Positions 36,769-48,975 of a stretch of DNA of 64,000 nucleotides are shown in pieces; the first letter of the stretch is position 1, and each line of letters begins with the position of its first letter. The notes below the pieces were generated by a model. That model worked only from the letters and a program-made list of their open reading frames with translations, had not been told where the DNA came from and did not search any database. This DNA comes from Macrostomum hystrix (taxonomy: Eukaryota > Animalia > Platyhelminthes): contig CATNEN010000032.1 of assembly GCA_950097015.1 (NCBI GenBank), positions 1,426,001 through 1,490,000 on the forward strand. Direction: 5' to 3'. A program made the position numbers and the translations under genes.

Positions 36769-37134
36769 TAAACTAGCTAAACAAGTAATCAACTATAAGT
36801 AAAGTAAAGACAGTTTAGCTTTGAGTTATGTGAGAATGCCTTAAGCAATTACTAAGAACGGTTTTAGCTATGCCAAAGCACAATCGATACAAACCATGAA
36901 GACGGAAAACAAATACAGTTAAGATAAATATGCTCACTGATTTACTGAATGCATGCGAGAACCGGACCGGGAGACGGATAGAGTTGAATTGTAACACAAA
37001 TAAGGAATTATTTATCGTCCATTGTGTTGCCTGCTTTGCTATAGAGGAATTCACACACACACAACAAGTGTTTAAAACTGCTTGTCTAAAAGCAGCCATG
37101 CTGAAGCAGGCTTCAATTGACTGCAGCTGCCACA

Positions 37135-39637
37135 ATGTCCATGCGCTTCATCACAGCTGCAGCTGCTGTCTTTCTGGCCAGCCTCGCCTGTGCCAGGGCC
37201 CGTGCCGCCGCACCCGAGGAGATCTACCGGAGTCTGGGACTCCACAGCGGGGGCGACTATGTGAGGGCCCTGAGACCGCCACCTGACAGAGACTCCGCCA
37301 ATGCGGTTGGAGTGAGCTTCTTACTGAGCAAGCTCATCAAACTGGTGAATTTTCCCCCCGACCAAGCTCGATTTTCTCTCAACTTATTGATTTCCAGTTG
37401 TTCTTTGATTTATATAAATTCATCAGCGTTCTGTATTAACCAAATACCTGCAGGACTCCGCAATGCAAGAGATTACAATACAAACACTCCTTTCGATTGT
37501 GAGTCATTGCCTTTTTTATACAGCATCGAATCGATCATAGACTATCGTCAACCTGACAACCTTACAATATCATTAAACTTATTGCAATTGCCAACAATTG
37601 AAGTACATGTCATTTGCCAGGAATGGACGGACAGTCGGCTGGCCTGGCACGGCCGCTTCAATAGCAGCCTGGACAATGTGACGCACATTTATTTGCCTGC
37701 TGAAAATATTTGGCTTCCCGATGTCACCTTCTCAATGGTGTAAGCTACTCTCTGTAAAGCAGGACTCTATACTCAGTTAAATATAAGCACTGCATTGCAG
37801 GAAAGACTCCAAGAAAACCGCCACAGACAATTTTGTGGTGCGACTAAACAGCAACGGCCGAGTCTTCGCCTCGATGGAGCTGCTCACGACCTCCAGGTGC
37901 GGCATGAACATGCGCAACTTTCCGTACGATACGCAGACTTGTGTTCAGGTTGTTGGGTCGATTGCTCACACCACGGATGCCATTGTGCTGGATGACTTGA
38001 GCAATTCATCGGACGGCATGCTAACTAATGCCCTGCAGAAGAACAATGAGTTCTGCATTTTTGGAGTTCGCACCGAAAAGAAAACCTTGTTCGACGTCGA
38101 CATAGTTTTAATAGTTTTGGAGCTTCAGGTAAGACAGCAGTTTGATCTCCATGGTTTATGGCTATATTCAGGATTCTTAGAGATGAAGCAATGCTCGAAA
38201 CCTTTTGATAAAGTGAATTCGAGCACAATGAAATTCGACACTTCTGCCCGACACATCATTGTCGCTAAATTTTTCCACATGCCACTCAGCGAAAATCCAC
38301 CTTCTACCTGGTGAACCTGATCCTGCCCAGCCTCCTGCTGCTCGCCATCTCCTCCCTGACCTTCCGACTGCCGCCTGAGTGCGGCGAGCGGATTTCTTTC
38401 AGTGTCACCATCGTGCTGTCCATGTGGGTGTTCCTGCAGCTCACAGGCAACTACATCCCTGCTCAGAGTGACTCAGTGCCTTTAATCAGTTGAGTCCTAT
38501 TTGCTTGCCGACTTTTTATAGTACTGAACGTTTTCGTATCAGAAAATCTATGAACCGCTGGAAAATGATCTCCAATCGCAGCATATTACTACAGCTTGGC
38601 GGTTTTCATGACAATGGCGAACGTGCTGGGCAATGTCTTCGTATTGAGCTGCAACTTCAAGCAGCCAGACGACACGCCGGTGGAAAATCGACTAGTTCGG
38701 CAGCTCTTCCTTAGTCGCTGCGTTGCCAGGAAGGGGCCTCTTGGCGTAGGCGATTCGTGCACTGCTAGGACAGCTGTGATGGTTTGAAAATAATTAATTG
38801 TTAATTAATTATGTTGTCGGTTTAAAGAAGCCGGTGCGACTTGGGTATAAATGGTCCTCATGAATGCTGTTTGCACGTCGAGCACCCAAGCAAGCCTTCC
38901 CAAGCGCAAATCAAAAGTTTTCGCCCTTTACAATGAACTAACTTTCAAAGCCGTCCCAGTCGGCATCGTCGAGATATTCACTGATTCTTGTCGAAGACCC
39001 TCGGTGACAAGGACAACTAAAATATAGCAGTATAAGCCTCTACGGCGAATCCATATTGGTTCAATAATATAAAAGTCATTAGTATTATCAATGCAACATA
39101 ATCAACAGCAATAGCCGACATGATTACATTATGAAATTTTGTGAGCACAAAAATTAGGCATAAATTGGCGAATTTTGCCACCAGATAGCGAGACAACGAG
39201 AATCATCGAATATGTTGACGATGCCGATGTTTTGTGATCATGGAGGTTGTTTTATTGAATAGAGCAGAAAACTTTATTGCGATTCGTAAAATATTTTAGA
39301 AGATACAACAAAGAACAATTTGGGTATTTGAAGACCCCGTGGTCTCTGTACTGTTGAAGCTAATAAAAAGCAAGTTGAATAATTATCAACTCAAAAATCA
39401 TGCCCTCCTAAGCCAGCTGAGCAGCCGTCGGCGACATCAGTCCGAGCAGCGATTCAGAGTAAGGCAGTTCAACACGAGCCTGTCGACTCACAAAATGAGT
39501 GGCGCACCGTGGTGGCTTCTGCTGACAGGTACTTCTTCGCAGCTCAGCTGGGCCTGTGCTCAGCAATCCTGCTGGCTCTGCTCATCACCGAAGCTGTCAG
39601 CAGGAGAACCGATTGTATCGGCTTGGACTACCTGTGA
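37135..39637 (+). CDS. Cys-loop channel subunit B (nAChR-like, non-alpha), ~429 aa
   Basis: Exons 37135-37344, 37454-37498, 37621-37739, 37801-38128, 38290-38488, 38582-~38745, ~39413-39637. Cys-loop CGMNMRNFPYDTQTC; last junction least certain. Confidence 0.88.
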
Positions 39638-40210
39638 GCTCGGACCAGTAGATTCTGAAGACAAGAACCAAGCTGCTTCTCGGGAGAGACCGAAGCTAAT
39701 TGCCTTCGGCAGTGTTTTTTAAAATAAGTTAAACAAAAGGTTAGAAAGACGAAGAGTTAATTTTTAGGGCCACCGTAGTAAAATATTTTGCAATAACAGA
39801 AGTTGCAAGAAAAGCAGTAACTATTTAAATCAATATTTTTTCTTGACAAATTTTATTTCTATAACCTTCTTGTTCTTTAGAACTTTTAATTAGTATGTCT
39901 GATAGTACGAGTATATTATTTTTTTTGCTTTTCGAAAATGATTTCAATAAAAATACTTAAGTAAGCACCCGTTGGTGGCCTGTGGTTCATAACATTAATT
40001 ATAAATTTTCGACTTCAACAGAATTCAACCTGTGCTACTCCATTTTTACGTGGTTAGTGCTTTTCTAAGAAACGACAAGAGCGTACCAAGAACTTGTACT
40101 TTAGTAATTGATAATTCCGTTGCCGAGGTGGTGTGCAAAAAGAACTGAAGAAGTTATTTTGTTAAGTAGCTTAGATGACAGACTTGCTTTATTTTCCAGC
40201 GCACATCGCA

Positions 40211-42543
40211 TCACAGAGTTCGCCCTGAGATGCAGCCTTTTCCTGTCGTAGCGACCTGCAGCACGCAGATAGCAATCAGAAGTATCGCAGAGGTGCCGGT
40301 GAAGATGGCGAAGAAACAGCGGTCAGCGGATTCGACGCAAATTTTCCATTCGTTTTGGCCAACTGGGCTGGCTTGAAGCATCTTCTTTGAGGCGGCGGGC
40401 TTCGCTACTTCGCATGGCGAATCTGTCGATGCTTCAGTGGCCTGAAAGTTGTACATTAGCAGTACCGGTAGGACAGAATTAGCAGTCTTGGAGTTAATAG
40501 CATTAGCAGTTAACGGATGCATTAGAAACATCAGTACCGAAGGCACTAGGTAACAGCAGGTAATAACTAGGTAATATCGTCGAGATATTCACTGATTCTT
40601 GTCGGAGACCCTTGGTGACAAAGACAAATAGCATTACTCTGTGTAAGCCCCTATGGCGAATCCATATTGGTTCAATAATGAAGAACTTAACAATTTAATA
40701 AATCCTAAATAGTCAACTGTCGTGGTCGGACTAGTGTACCTGCACCAACTCTCCCGGCATGTGTATAGTCGGGGGGGTCAGTGCACCCAGCCAGCCCGGC
40801 TTAGTACTCGTAAATTCTCGCACCTGAAAGGGCCACCTCCCCATGCTATCTGATTTTGACGATTTTGACACGTGTTAATATGGCCGATTGTGCTCACCGT
40901 TTGAGAACTTGTCACGGCATCGCTAGCAGCCTCAAAAACTATTGTTCTCCGCCTGGCAACAAATCGGTTGAGAAACAGCAGCCGAATCAACCGATTCTTC
41001 ACCCGGTCCTCGCCACCAACATGTCGAAAGTGCCAGCTGGTCACAAAAACGTTACCAACAACATTGGCCATCGTCATGACAACCGCCAGGCTGTAGTAGT
41101 ATGCTGCGAATGTATGCATTGTAGATTAAACTAAACAAGCTAAAATATCCATAAATATATATATATATAAATATAAAATAACCATACTAATTCACAACAA
41201 GCTCACTGATCAGCGGGATGGAGTCACTCTGAGCAGGGATGTAGTTGCCTGTGAGCTGCAGGAACACGCACATGGACAGCACGATGGTGACACTGAAAGA
41301 AACCCGCTCACCGCACTCAGGCGGCAGTCGAAAAATCAGGGAGGAGATGGCGAGCAGCAGGAGGCTGGGCAGGATCAGGTTTACCAGGTAGAAGGTCGTC
41401 CTCCGCTGAAATCGATAAAACCAACCCTACTCAAGATAATTCAAGAAGAGATTGTGGATGCTTGCCTAACTTCTACTTTCTTTTCTGAAGTCTATAATTA
41501 AAAGAACGCAAGCTTTCCGTTATGAACGATGACAGAAAATGGCTCCTGTCTTACCCGAATGACAATCTCTAAAATCACCAAGTCGTAGTACACGTCCAAT
41601 CTGGCTGTGGCGCTCACATTATCGATGCAAAACTCGTTGTTCTGCTTCATAAATGTAATCAACGAGTTAGAATTTTTAATTGAGTCAATCTGTAGCTTCA
41701 TCGTGTCCGTCTCGTGCATGGTTGACGACACAGACTGCTGGCAAGTCTGGGTGTCAAACGGAAACATCTCCATCTGCATGATGCACTTTGAAGTTGCAAT
41801 GATCTCCACCGCATGATATACTACGCCGTTCGGGTGGACCTTCACAATTGACGTTTCTTCAAGAGTTTTTTGAAATTGCAAGCTGCAAGTTAATAAAAAG
41901 CTTTTTTGAAGAGCACCTAGCGTTTTGTATGCGTGCTATTTATCGAAAATGCAAACAAAACCCCTCACAGCTCATGGAATCCCACATCGGGTCGCCAGAC
42001 AAGATTGTCAGGCAAGAATATTGCGCTCAAATTGTCGAACACTGAACCGAAGCGACCCAGCCAGGCAAGACGACTGTCGATCCAGTACTGGGGTTGCACC
42101 GTGTGGATTTTGAAGGCTTTATTTAATATTGAGGTCCAGTGGGTTATTCTTTTTCGAAAGGCCTGCTTACCACATTAAACCACATGTGCACAGTGATTTC
42201 TTGTGCTGCGGAGTCCTGAAATTGATCAAATCAGAGAGAGCTGGGGTAAAGATAAGTATGCGCCTCATGGCGAAGTCTAATTCAAAGTAACAGCGCTCAC
42301 CACTTTTACGATATCGTTAATATTGAAATAGACGCTAATGGTATTGGCGCTGCCATTGTCTGGAGGCGGTCTTACAACTCTTCTGTAGCTGCTAGTCTCC
42401 ACTTCAAGAGCTTCGATCAGGGCCTGCTCAGACTGAGTCCCATTCGTCGCAGAATGCACCGCCATGGTGCAGCAAGCAGCCATGATTGTGGCGGCGCAAA
42501 TGAGGCTCTGGGGCTTCATTCTAGACTTCATTTCGCAGGACAT
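40211..42543 (-). CDS. Cys-loop channel subunit C (nAChR-like, non-alpha), ~456 aa
   Basis: Exons 42543-42301, 42215-42171, 42087-41969, 41882-41555, 41405-41207, 41103-40898, 40441-40211. Internal exon sizes 45/119/328/199 match gene B. Cys-loop CIMQMEMFPFDTQTC. Confidence 0.9.
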
Positions 42544-44243
42544 CTGAAACTGAGCTCTGAATTGAGAAGCGGTTGCAGCTCGCTGCAGTCACCAGGATTT
42601 TAAATAGTGCGCCCGAAAAGCATTTCCAATATTTGTCCAGAAGCCCACGTGTCCATTAGTCTGGCGAAATCGTATAATTAATTGACCAGAGCGAGCAAGC
42701 AAAAATGTGAGTGCTTCTTTTGGACGAGCGAATGTCAGTTTGTATCTGAAAACGCCAGCTGCAAATAGTCTATCGATAAAATGCATCTAGATGAGTATGT
42801 GATCAGAGTAGTGTGTATCAGAAAAAAGTCGAGATGTGGTGTGGTGTGTTTCAACCGCGAAATGAAATATCTGCCTAGCTGTGCTTGCCAGCGCTTGTCT
42901 AAAACTGTTATTCTCGCATTTTCTAGCACGTTGATGCTGCTGGTAAACTGGATGCTTGGGAAACCAAACGAACTATACGAGTAAACCAGTGGAAGCTTCA
43001 CACGAGAGAAATACTTAAAGGCAGTAACTGAACAGTATTTGCGCTCGTGAGACGAGAATTTGATAACTCTCTGAGGCTTTCCTGAAATATGAGCTGATTA
43101 TTGAATGGTTTCGACTCAACATTCAACTAAACTTGGACTAAAATATATGAAATTGAATATCTAAGGAAATTCAAACAAGCCAAAGAGTTCAAGAATGAAC
43201 TCATTCCGAAAGAATCCTGAACCACACTACGAGAGCAAAATACTCGTTTCTAGGCGGCTCGGCAAAGCTTAATCTTTACCATGTAGCTTTTCTAGTAGGG
43301 TTATTTGAGAGCTTTCATTTTCTCGACCCTTTCTCCCCTCCGTTCCTGCCTTCTTCGACGACATCTCTATCTATCACTATCTATTTGCAGGGGGCCCGGG
43401 GCACTTTTCGCACAAGCGACAAAGCGGCACGCCCCCAGACCGGCGAACTAGGCGCTTAGCGCCGCCTTCCCTGAGCAGGCACCACACACAGCAGCACAGA
43501 CCAGCCGGGGAGGGCAGGAGGCACCCAGAATAGGCAGCAGTGCCCTCCACCCCAGCCCGGGGCGGAAGGCTGATATGAAATCTTCGACAACATAGTCTAT
43601 GGCCAAAAAATATGATAAACAGTCTATGGCCATACAACTTCAACCAAATATTTTGTCGATGTACGTACTTCCGAGCGAAAAACAAGCTTGACAAAGATCA
43701 GAACTCAATGATAATGGGTCGGGGCACAAGTGTGATGATTCAGCAACGCCTAGATCACCAGTGCGCGTAGCACACTATGGCTGAATCCATTTTGAGTTGC
43801 AAAATAAAAAGAGTTGTAAAATTGGACAGACTAAAAGCAGTGTACCAGCATCCTGAATTATCATATTTGCGCTGACTTTCTAGTACTATCAACGAGTGTT
43901 TGCCATTTGAGCAGTTTATTTGAGACCAGAGGAACCTGAATCTCACTGTAGTGTTTGCTTATTTAGTAAAAATATACGATCGCCTCGTAATGGCTGAATA
44001 CCTAGCAAATCTGCTCACTAGCTCAGGTTCCTGAGGACGCGCCCCCCAGGTTCATGTGACTTCATCGCGGGCTCAAATGAGGAGGACGAGATAACTCTTG
44101 ACCAGTTCACGGGAAAGGCATTAAAACGGAGGAAGTCTTCCTCCAAAATGTAAAAACCTTCGGATAATTTGTTTTTTGCCCATGGCAGGTTTATCAAAGT
44201 ATATTTAGTTCTCTCATTAAAGCACATTATAGCCATAACTGTG

Positions 44244-47200
44244 CTAAAACTCGTTCGTGCAGGTGCGCACGGAGGTCGCCTCGAAGCAGAGGACGGTAAT
44301 CGAAATGGCAAAGGTGGCAGTTATAAGCAGGACAATCAGGCACTTGTGCGCTGACGCAGCCGCCAAAGCCCATTCGTTGCAGCTCGGGTCGTCTGTCTCC
44401 GGCTTCGAATCCTTCGAGTTTGTCTCAGTTGAATTGGTATACTGACTGGGGGTTCCTGAACATTGAGATGGACAATTTTTGAACGTTTAAGGACTTTTTA
44501 GCAAAATCGCGGTGCTAACTCACTGCTTGTCTCGACATTTTGCAGCTTCCACTGACGAACCGATTAAGAAAGAGCACCCGGATGAGTCCAGCGTTCACTC
44601 GGCTGAAGCCACAACGCTGTCGAAAGTGGCAGTTAAGCACAAAGACATTGCCGATCAGGCTTGTCACCGTCAGAGCTGCAACGATGCTGCAGTAGCGGGC
44701 TGCAAAATATCATCTCGTCTGTACTGATAGTAGAGTACTCAATTTTTCAATGTAAAACAAAAATTATTTAATTTTAATTTCACCAGACTCATGTTACTCA
44801 TGTGGTAATTGTTCGACAAGAAGAATATTCTACAGGGGTTTTTTGGTTGAGCCACATTAGCGAACTCACTAAGCAGGGGCATGGACTCGCTCTGAGATGG
44901 GATGTAGTTGCCAGCTAGCTGAAGGAACACGCACATGGACAGCACGATGGTCATGCTCAGTGAGATGCGCTCGCCGCACTCTGGTGGTAGACAGAAGGCC
45001 AGGGAGGAGATGGCGAGCAGCAGGAGGCTGGGCAGGATCAGGTTCACCAGGTAGAAGGTCGACCGGCGCTGCATTGAATGTTGGAGTCACTTGTTTTGAC
45101 TATCACGTATCACATAGATTGTAATTTCTCCCTGAAATGTGTGAACTTTACATCCTTTCTATCAATGATTGGAATTCACTCTGAACTGTTAATCGGATAT
45201 CCCAAAACCCTTGGATAGCCAGGGTGATGACCTCGGTTTAGCTTAGGGGCGCTGTTGTGTAGTTCTGCACATTGTTCTCATTGTTCTAAGAACTTGGATG
45301 CCAATTTGGCCAAGAGGTTTCCTGTCAACCACCTAAGCTTGGTATGAAAAACCAGTCAAAGCCTTGAAGTCGCTGAACCAACCGAGAACGCAACAACTAG
45401 CCTGACGAATGGAAATTCGCCATCTGAGCCCTCTTCGCTGAACACAGCTTGCAGGCAGAAATCGCTGCTGAAGCTGATGTTGAAGTCGGCCTTGCTTGCT
45501 GGTGTCATGCGGACAGTCGTCGCTGCGGCGTTCTGCACCATCGAAGAAACTTTGACTCTGCAGCGCTGCGCATCGTACGGAAATGTACGCATGTCTAAGT
45601 GACATTTGAACCGAATCACGAACTCCTGGTTGCGCTGCACTTCGCCTAAGCTGCTAACGTTCAGCAGCAGACGATCGTCTTAGACGCGCTGGATGCTAAG
45701 GCTACAAAGTTTGAAAGATTATCCGTTGAAGCACACATCGCACTAAGGATAAACCAAAGAGTGCGAACCAAAAGTTCACATCCGCGTTGAGGCCCTATTC
45801 ATTTATTAAGGTTGTGACTGACCCTAAGGGCAAAAGTACCAAATTCGCTCAAGGGTCAAGTGCAATGCAGTCCTAGCTGGCTGCTTGTTGGCTAACCAAT
45901 GACCCGCCCTTATTAAGAGCGTCATTCGTTTTAGCAGGAAGGTAGCACTGATTGCATCTTGGACAGAAGCCTTAATAAAAGGAGGCTGTAGCTTTGTGGT
46001 TAGAGCGTCGGACTCACAACTTTAAGGTCGGTGGTTCGATTCCTGACTCCACTAAAATAATTTGCGTCATTTAGCAAGACGATTAACTCTGCATTGCTTC
46101 AGTTCACCCAGCTGTTAAATGGGTACCAGCATTAGCTGGGGTAATTGAGGGTGGGTGTGGCGTCCCCCGTCCATGGACTGAACACAAGACTGCATTCCTT
46201 TTCGATGCAGCAGTGAAGAGGTCTCTCTGCTTGTCCTGCCCTCTGAGCCAATGGAGTAGAATATAAAATAGATATGTTGACATCGCGGGTGTTTTGCACG
46301 CATCATCTCTACTTTACAAAAAACAGGGATGACCAAGACCTGAAAAAACCGGTGTGAATGAAACAACACTCTGTAGATTGCTCACCAGTCAAGAAAGGAC
46401 ACATCCGGCTGCCAGAGAAGTTCGCCAGGCACAAACAAGCTTTCCATGCTGTCAAAGCTGGAGTTGAACCGGCCTCGCCAAGCCAGACGACTGTCTGACC
46501 AGCGCTGGAAAGGTTTCGAAACTCAACAAGTTTTCAACGATCTTCATTTTACATCGATAAACAAAGAAATGATTTGGTCTTACCAGCGACAGCCACACTT
46601 GCAGAGATATATCCTGCGCGGCGGAATCCTGCGAATTATTGATGCGATGGCCCAAACTCTTTGGATGGAAATTTTATGATAAAAGTGCACTACATAAACC
46701 GATACTTTGAACGCAGTCTGATATTTCAAGAGCCAACATGCGGGACAGAAGTCTTGTACACTTCCGTCCGGGACTCCACAGTGCCCACAGCTGTCAAGTT
46801 TGCAAATATTGACCCGAAGAAGCCTATAAGAAGAGAAACAAGTTTCACTGTGAGTCAAAGAATGACTCTAACATGTAACTTCATTCCTGTTACCAAAACA
46901 CTCCGAAGCAAAACAAAGGCGTTTTAAGTACGTTTAGTCTCGTCTCATCCAAAGTGTTTGTCTGAAGGACACAATAATGGTTGACTTGCTATAAACTTTT
47001 ATCGGTGAAAAGTTCCAAGTAGGATGGTCCTAGTGTAGAATACACTGAAACTATTGTATAATTTTGTGCGTGTCATTTGGAACTCGGAAGGTTTCAGAGA
47101 ATGTTTCAGTATCCCTTTCAAAGCCAAAAATCAATCTGAAATAATAATTTATAACTTGAAAATTACACCGAGTAGCTCTCAAATCGTGAGTTAACATGTT

Positions 47201-47910
47201 TACTCGTATTCTAGATTGACGCGGCTAACTGCCAGAAGAAGCACACTTGTCGTGCCGATGAAGGACAATGCACGCATAATTGATGTGCACGGGCTGGGAC
47301 CGTGACGAGGGTGCTTTCCAGCTGCGCGCCGCCTTCAACTTCCACCGGCCGTCACGCCAAATACGTCACCAACCAGGCGCGCCCTCTATCATCGGGCCAA
47401 GTCTAGCCCTCCAAGTGTGACCCTGTGTCAGCGCCGTGTCAAGCTTGCGCCGTGTCAATCCGCCGGAGTCCTACTGCCCGGAGCAGCTGCAGGAGGTTTT
47501 GCTGTACACACCATAGTGCCTTCTCCGGCAGGGTCAGGCCTGGACTTGGAGGTTCGCCGACTATGATTAAAACGTGTATTATGGCGATGTCCCCTTTCTT
47601 GACCACTTTGTGGCCGTTGGACTTTCTATTAACTAGTATTGTAATGTAATACAAGTAGCGACTGTTTCAGACTCCTCACCACAGCAACGAAGTTATTCAA
47701 CACCGGCAGCACCCAGATGGTGTTCGCCGTGCCATTTACCGGGCTGGGTCTCACCGCCGCGACATAGCCGCCGCCGTCGCCTCTGCCGCTCAACAGACCC
47801 AGCTGAGTCATCAGGGCCTCCTCCGATGATGGAGTCAAGTCCGTCAGGGCTGCTGACGGTTCCAGCAAACTGACAAGAGTCATAAGAGCTAAACTAGGAA
47901 ATGACAGCAT
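44244..47910 (-). pseudogene. Cys-loop channel subunit D with one in-frame TAA (45682-45680); otherwise intact
   Basis: Exons 47910-47680, 46628-46584, 46504-46386, 45701-45383, 45068-44870, 44699-44524, ~44441-44244. Exon 4 reads LSIQRV*DDRLL; Cys-loop CHLDMRTFPYDAQRC. Confidence 0.78.
45981..46180 (+). mobile_element. tRNA-derived CORE-like SINE, copy 2 (intron 3 of channel D)
   Basis: TAGCTTTGTGGTTAGAGC...GGTTCGATTCC, then TTTAGCAAGACGATTAACTCTGCATTGC...GGGTGTGGCGTCCCCC as in copy 1. Confidence 0.8.
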
Positions 47911-48443
47911 GACTCCGGCTGACTCCGGCAAGGTCGCTGAAGCGCTTTGCACAAATACACAAATCATTATCGCGTTTTATAAAAACGAGACGGAAAGGCA
48001 CAGATCATGCTGATTAGCCAATGGTAGCGGAGGTTGCGTCGTGGATGAAAGAGAGCTGAGAGCATAAGAACGCCTACCAAATTTGGTGTTTCTGGGGCCG
48101 AAGCGAGCAAACATTTACCTAAATCCGCTCTATAATTACTCTATAGTTTATGCTCTGCTCTTTTTCCGAGTGAGTTCTGCGCTGAACTTCTCATAATTTA
48201 TCTCATAAACTCAAACTCATAATCATAGGTCTTCCGAGAGTTTGTTAGGTTTCTTGAATGCGTCGAGCTCGGTTGGCTGAAGCCTCATGTAAAAATTAAT
48301 TGGACAGAAAATGAACACACATTTGACGCTCTATGCAATGGTATTAACAAACATACCAATACTTTATAATTAGGCTTTATAGTGTTACACTGTCTGTTAA
48401 GCTAAGGTCATTGAGAGCGTCAGTATTGATTGCGTCTCGCTTC

Positions 48444-48975
48444 TTAGACGCTGACGCACTTCAGTAGCTCGGACAGGTTGCCGCCGCACTTGTTCACCAG
48501 GCAAGTGACGATCGCGGTGACGTCGCTGCTGCCCATTCCGCAGCTGTTGGCAAGGGCGTTCAGAGCGCAGGCAAGGCTGGGAAGTCCGGAACTGAGCAGG
48601 CACTTCCAGTCGACCGACAGTGTGGGCAAAGTCTCGTGCAGCAGGTCATCAAGAACTTCGTACTTTTGCTCCGTGGAGTAGCTGCTGGCGGCGGCGACAG
48701 CCAGCAGGCAGGCGAGAAGAGCGAACCTCAGCTACAAAAAGCCAAAGAGGTGCCGGGGTTGAGGTACAGGGTTCGGAAATTTTCTGAGAAGTACATATTA
48801 TGTTTGTTTGAATCCTCTCACTGACACCCTGATGATTGGCATTGTTTATTGGGTATAGAAGGTGACGTGGCTAAGGACAATTGTCCAGAATTGCACGGGT
48901 CCGAACACTCACTAATTAACTCGTTCACTAGGGCGCAGTGAGAATGACATACGGTATGCAGTCGTCACTTACCAT
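48444..48975 (-). CDS. Small secreted six-cysteine protein, 96 aa, unknown family
   Basis: ATG-only coding exon 48975-48973 with perfect donor ATG|GTAAGT; acceptor at 48733-48732; exon 48731-48444. MLRFALLACLLAVAAA signal peptide, mature C-x10-C-x8-C-x12-C-x4-C-x9-C. Confidence 0.8.
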
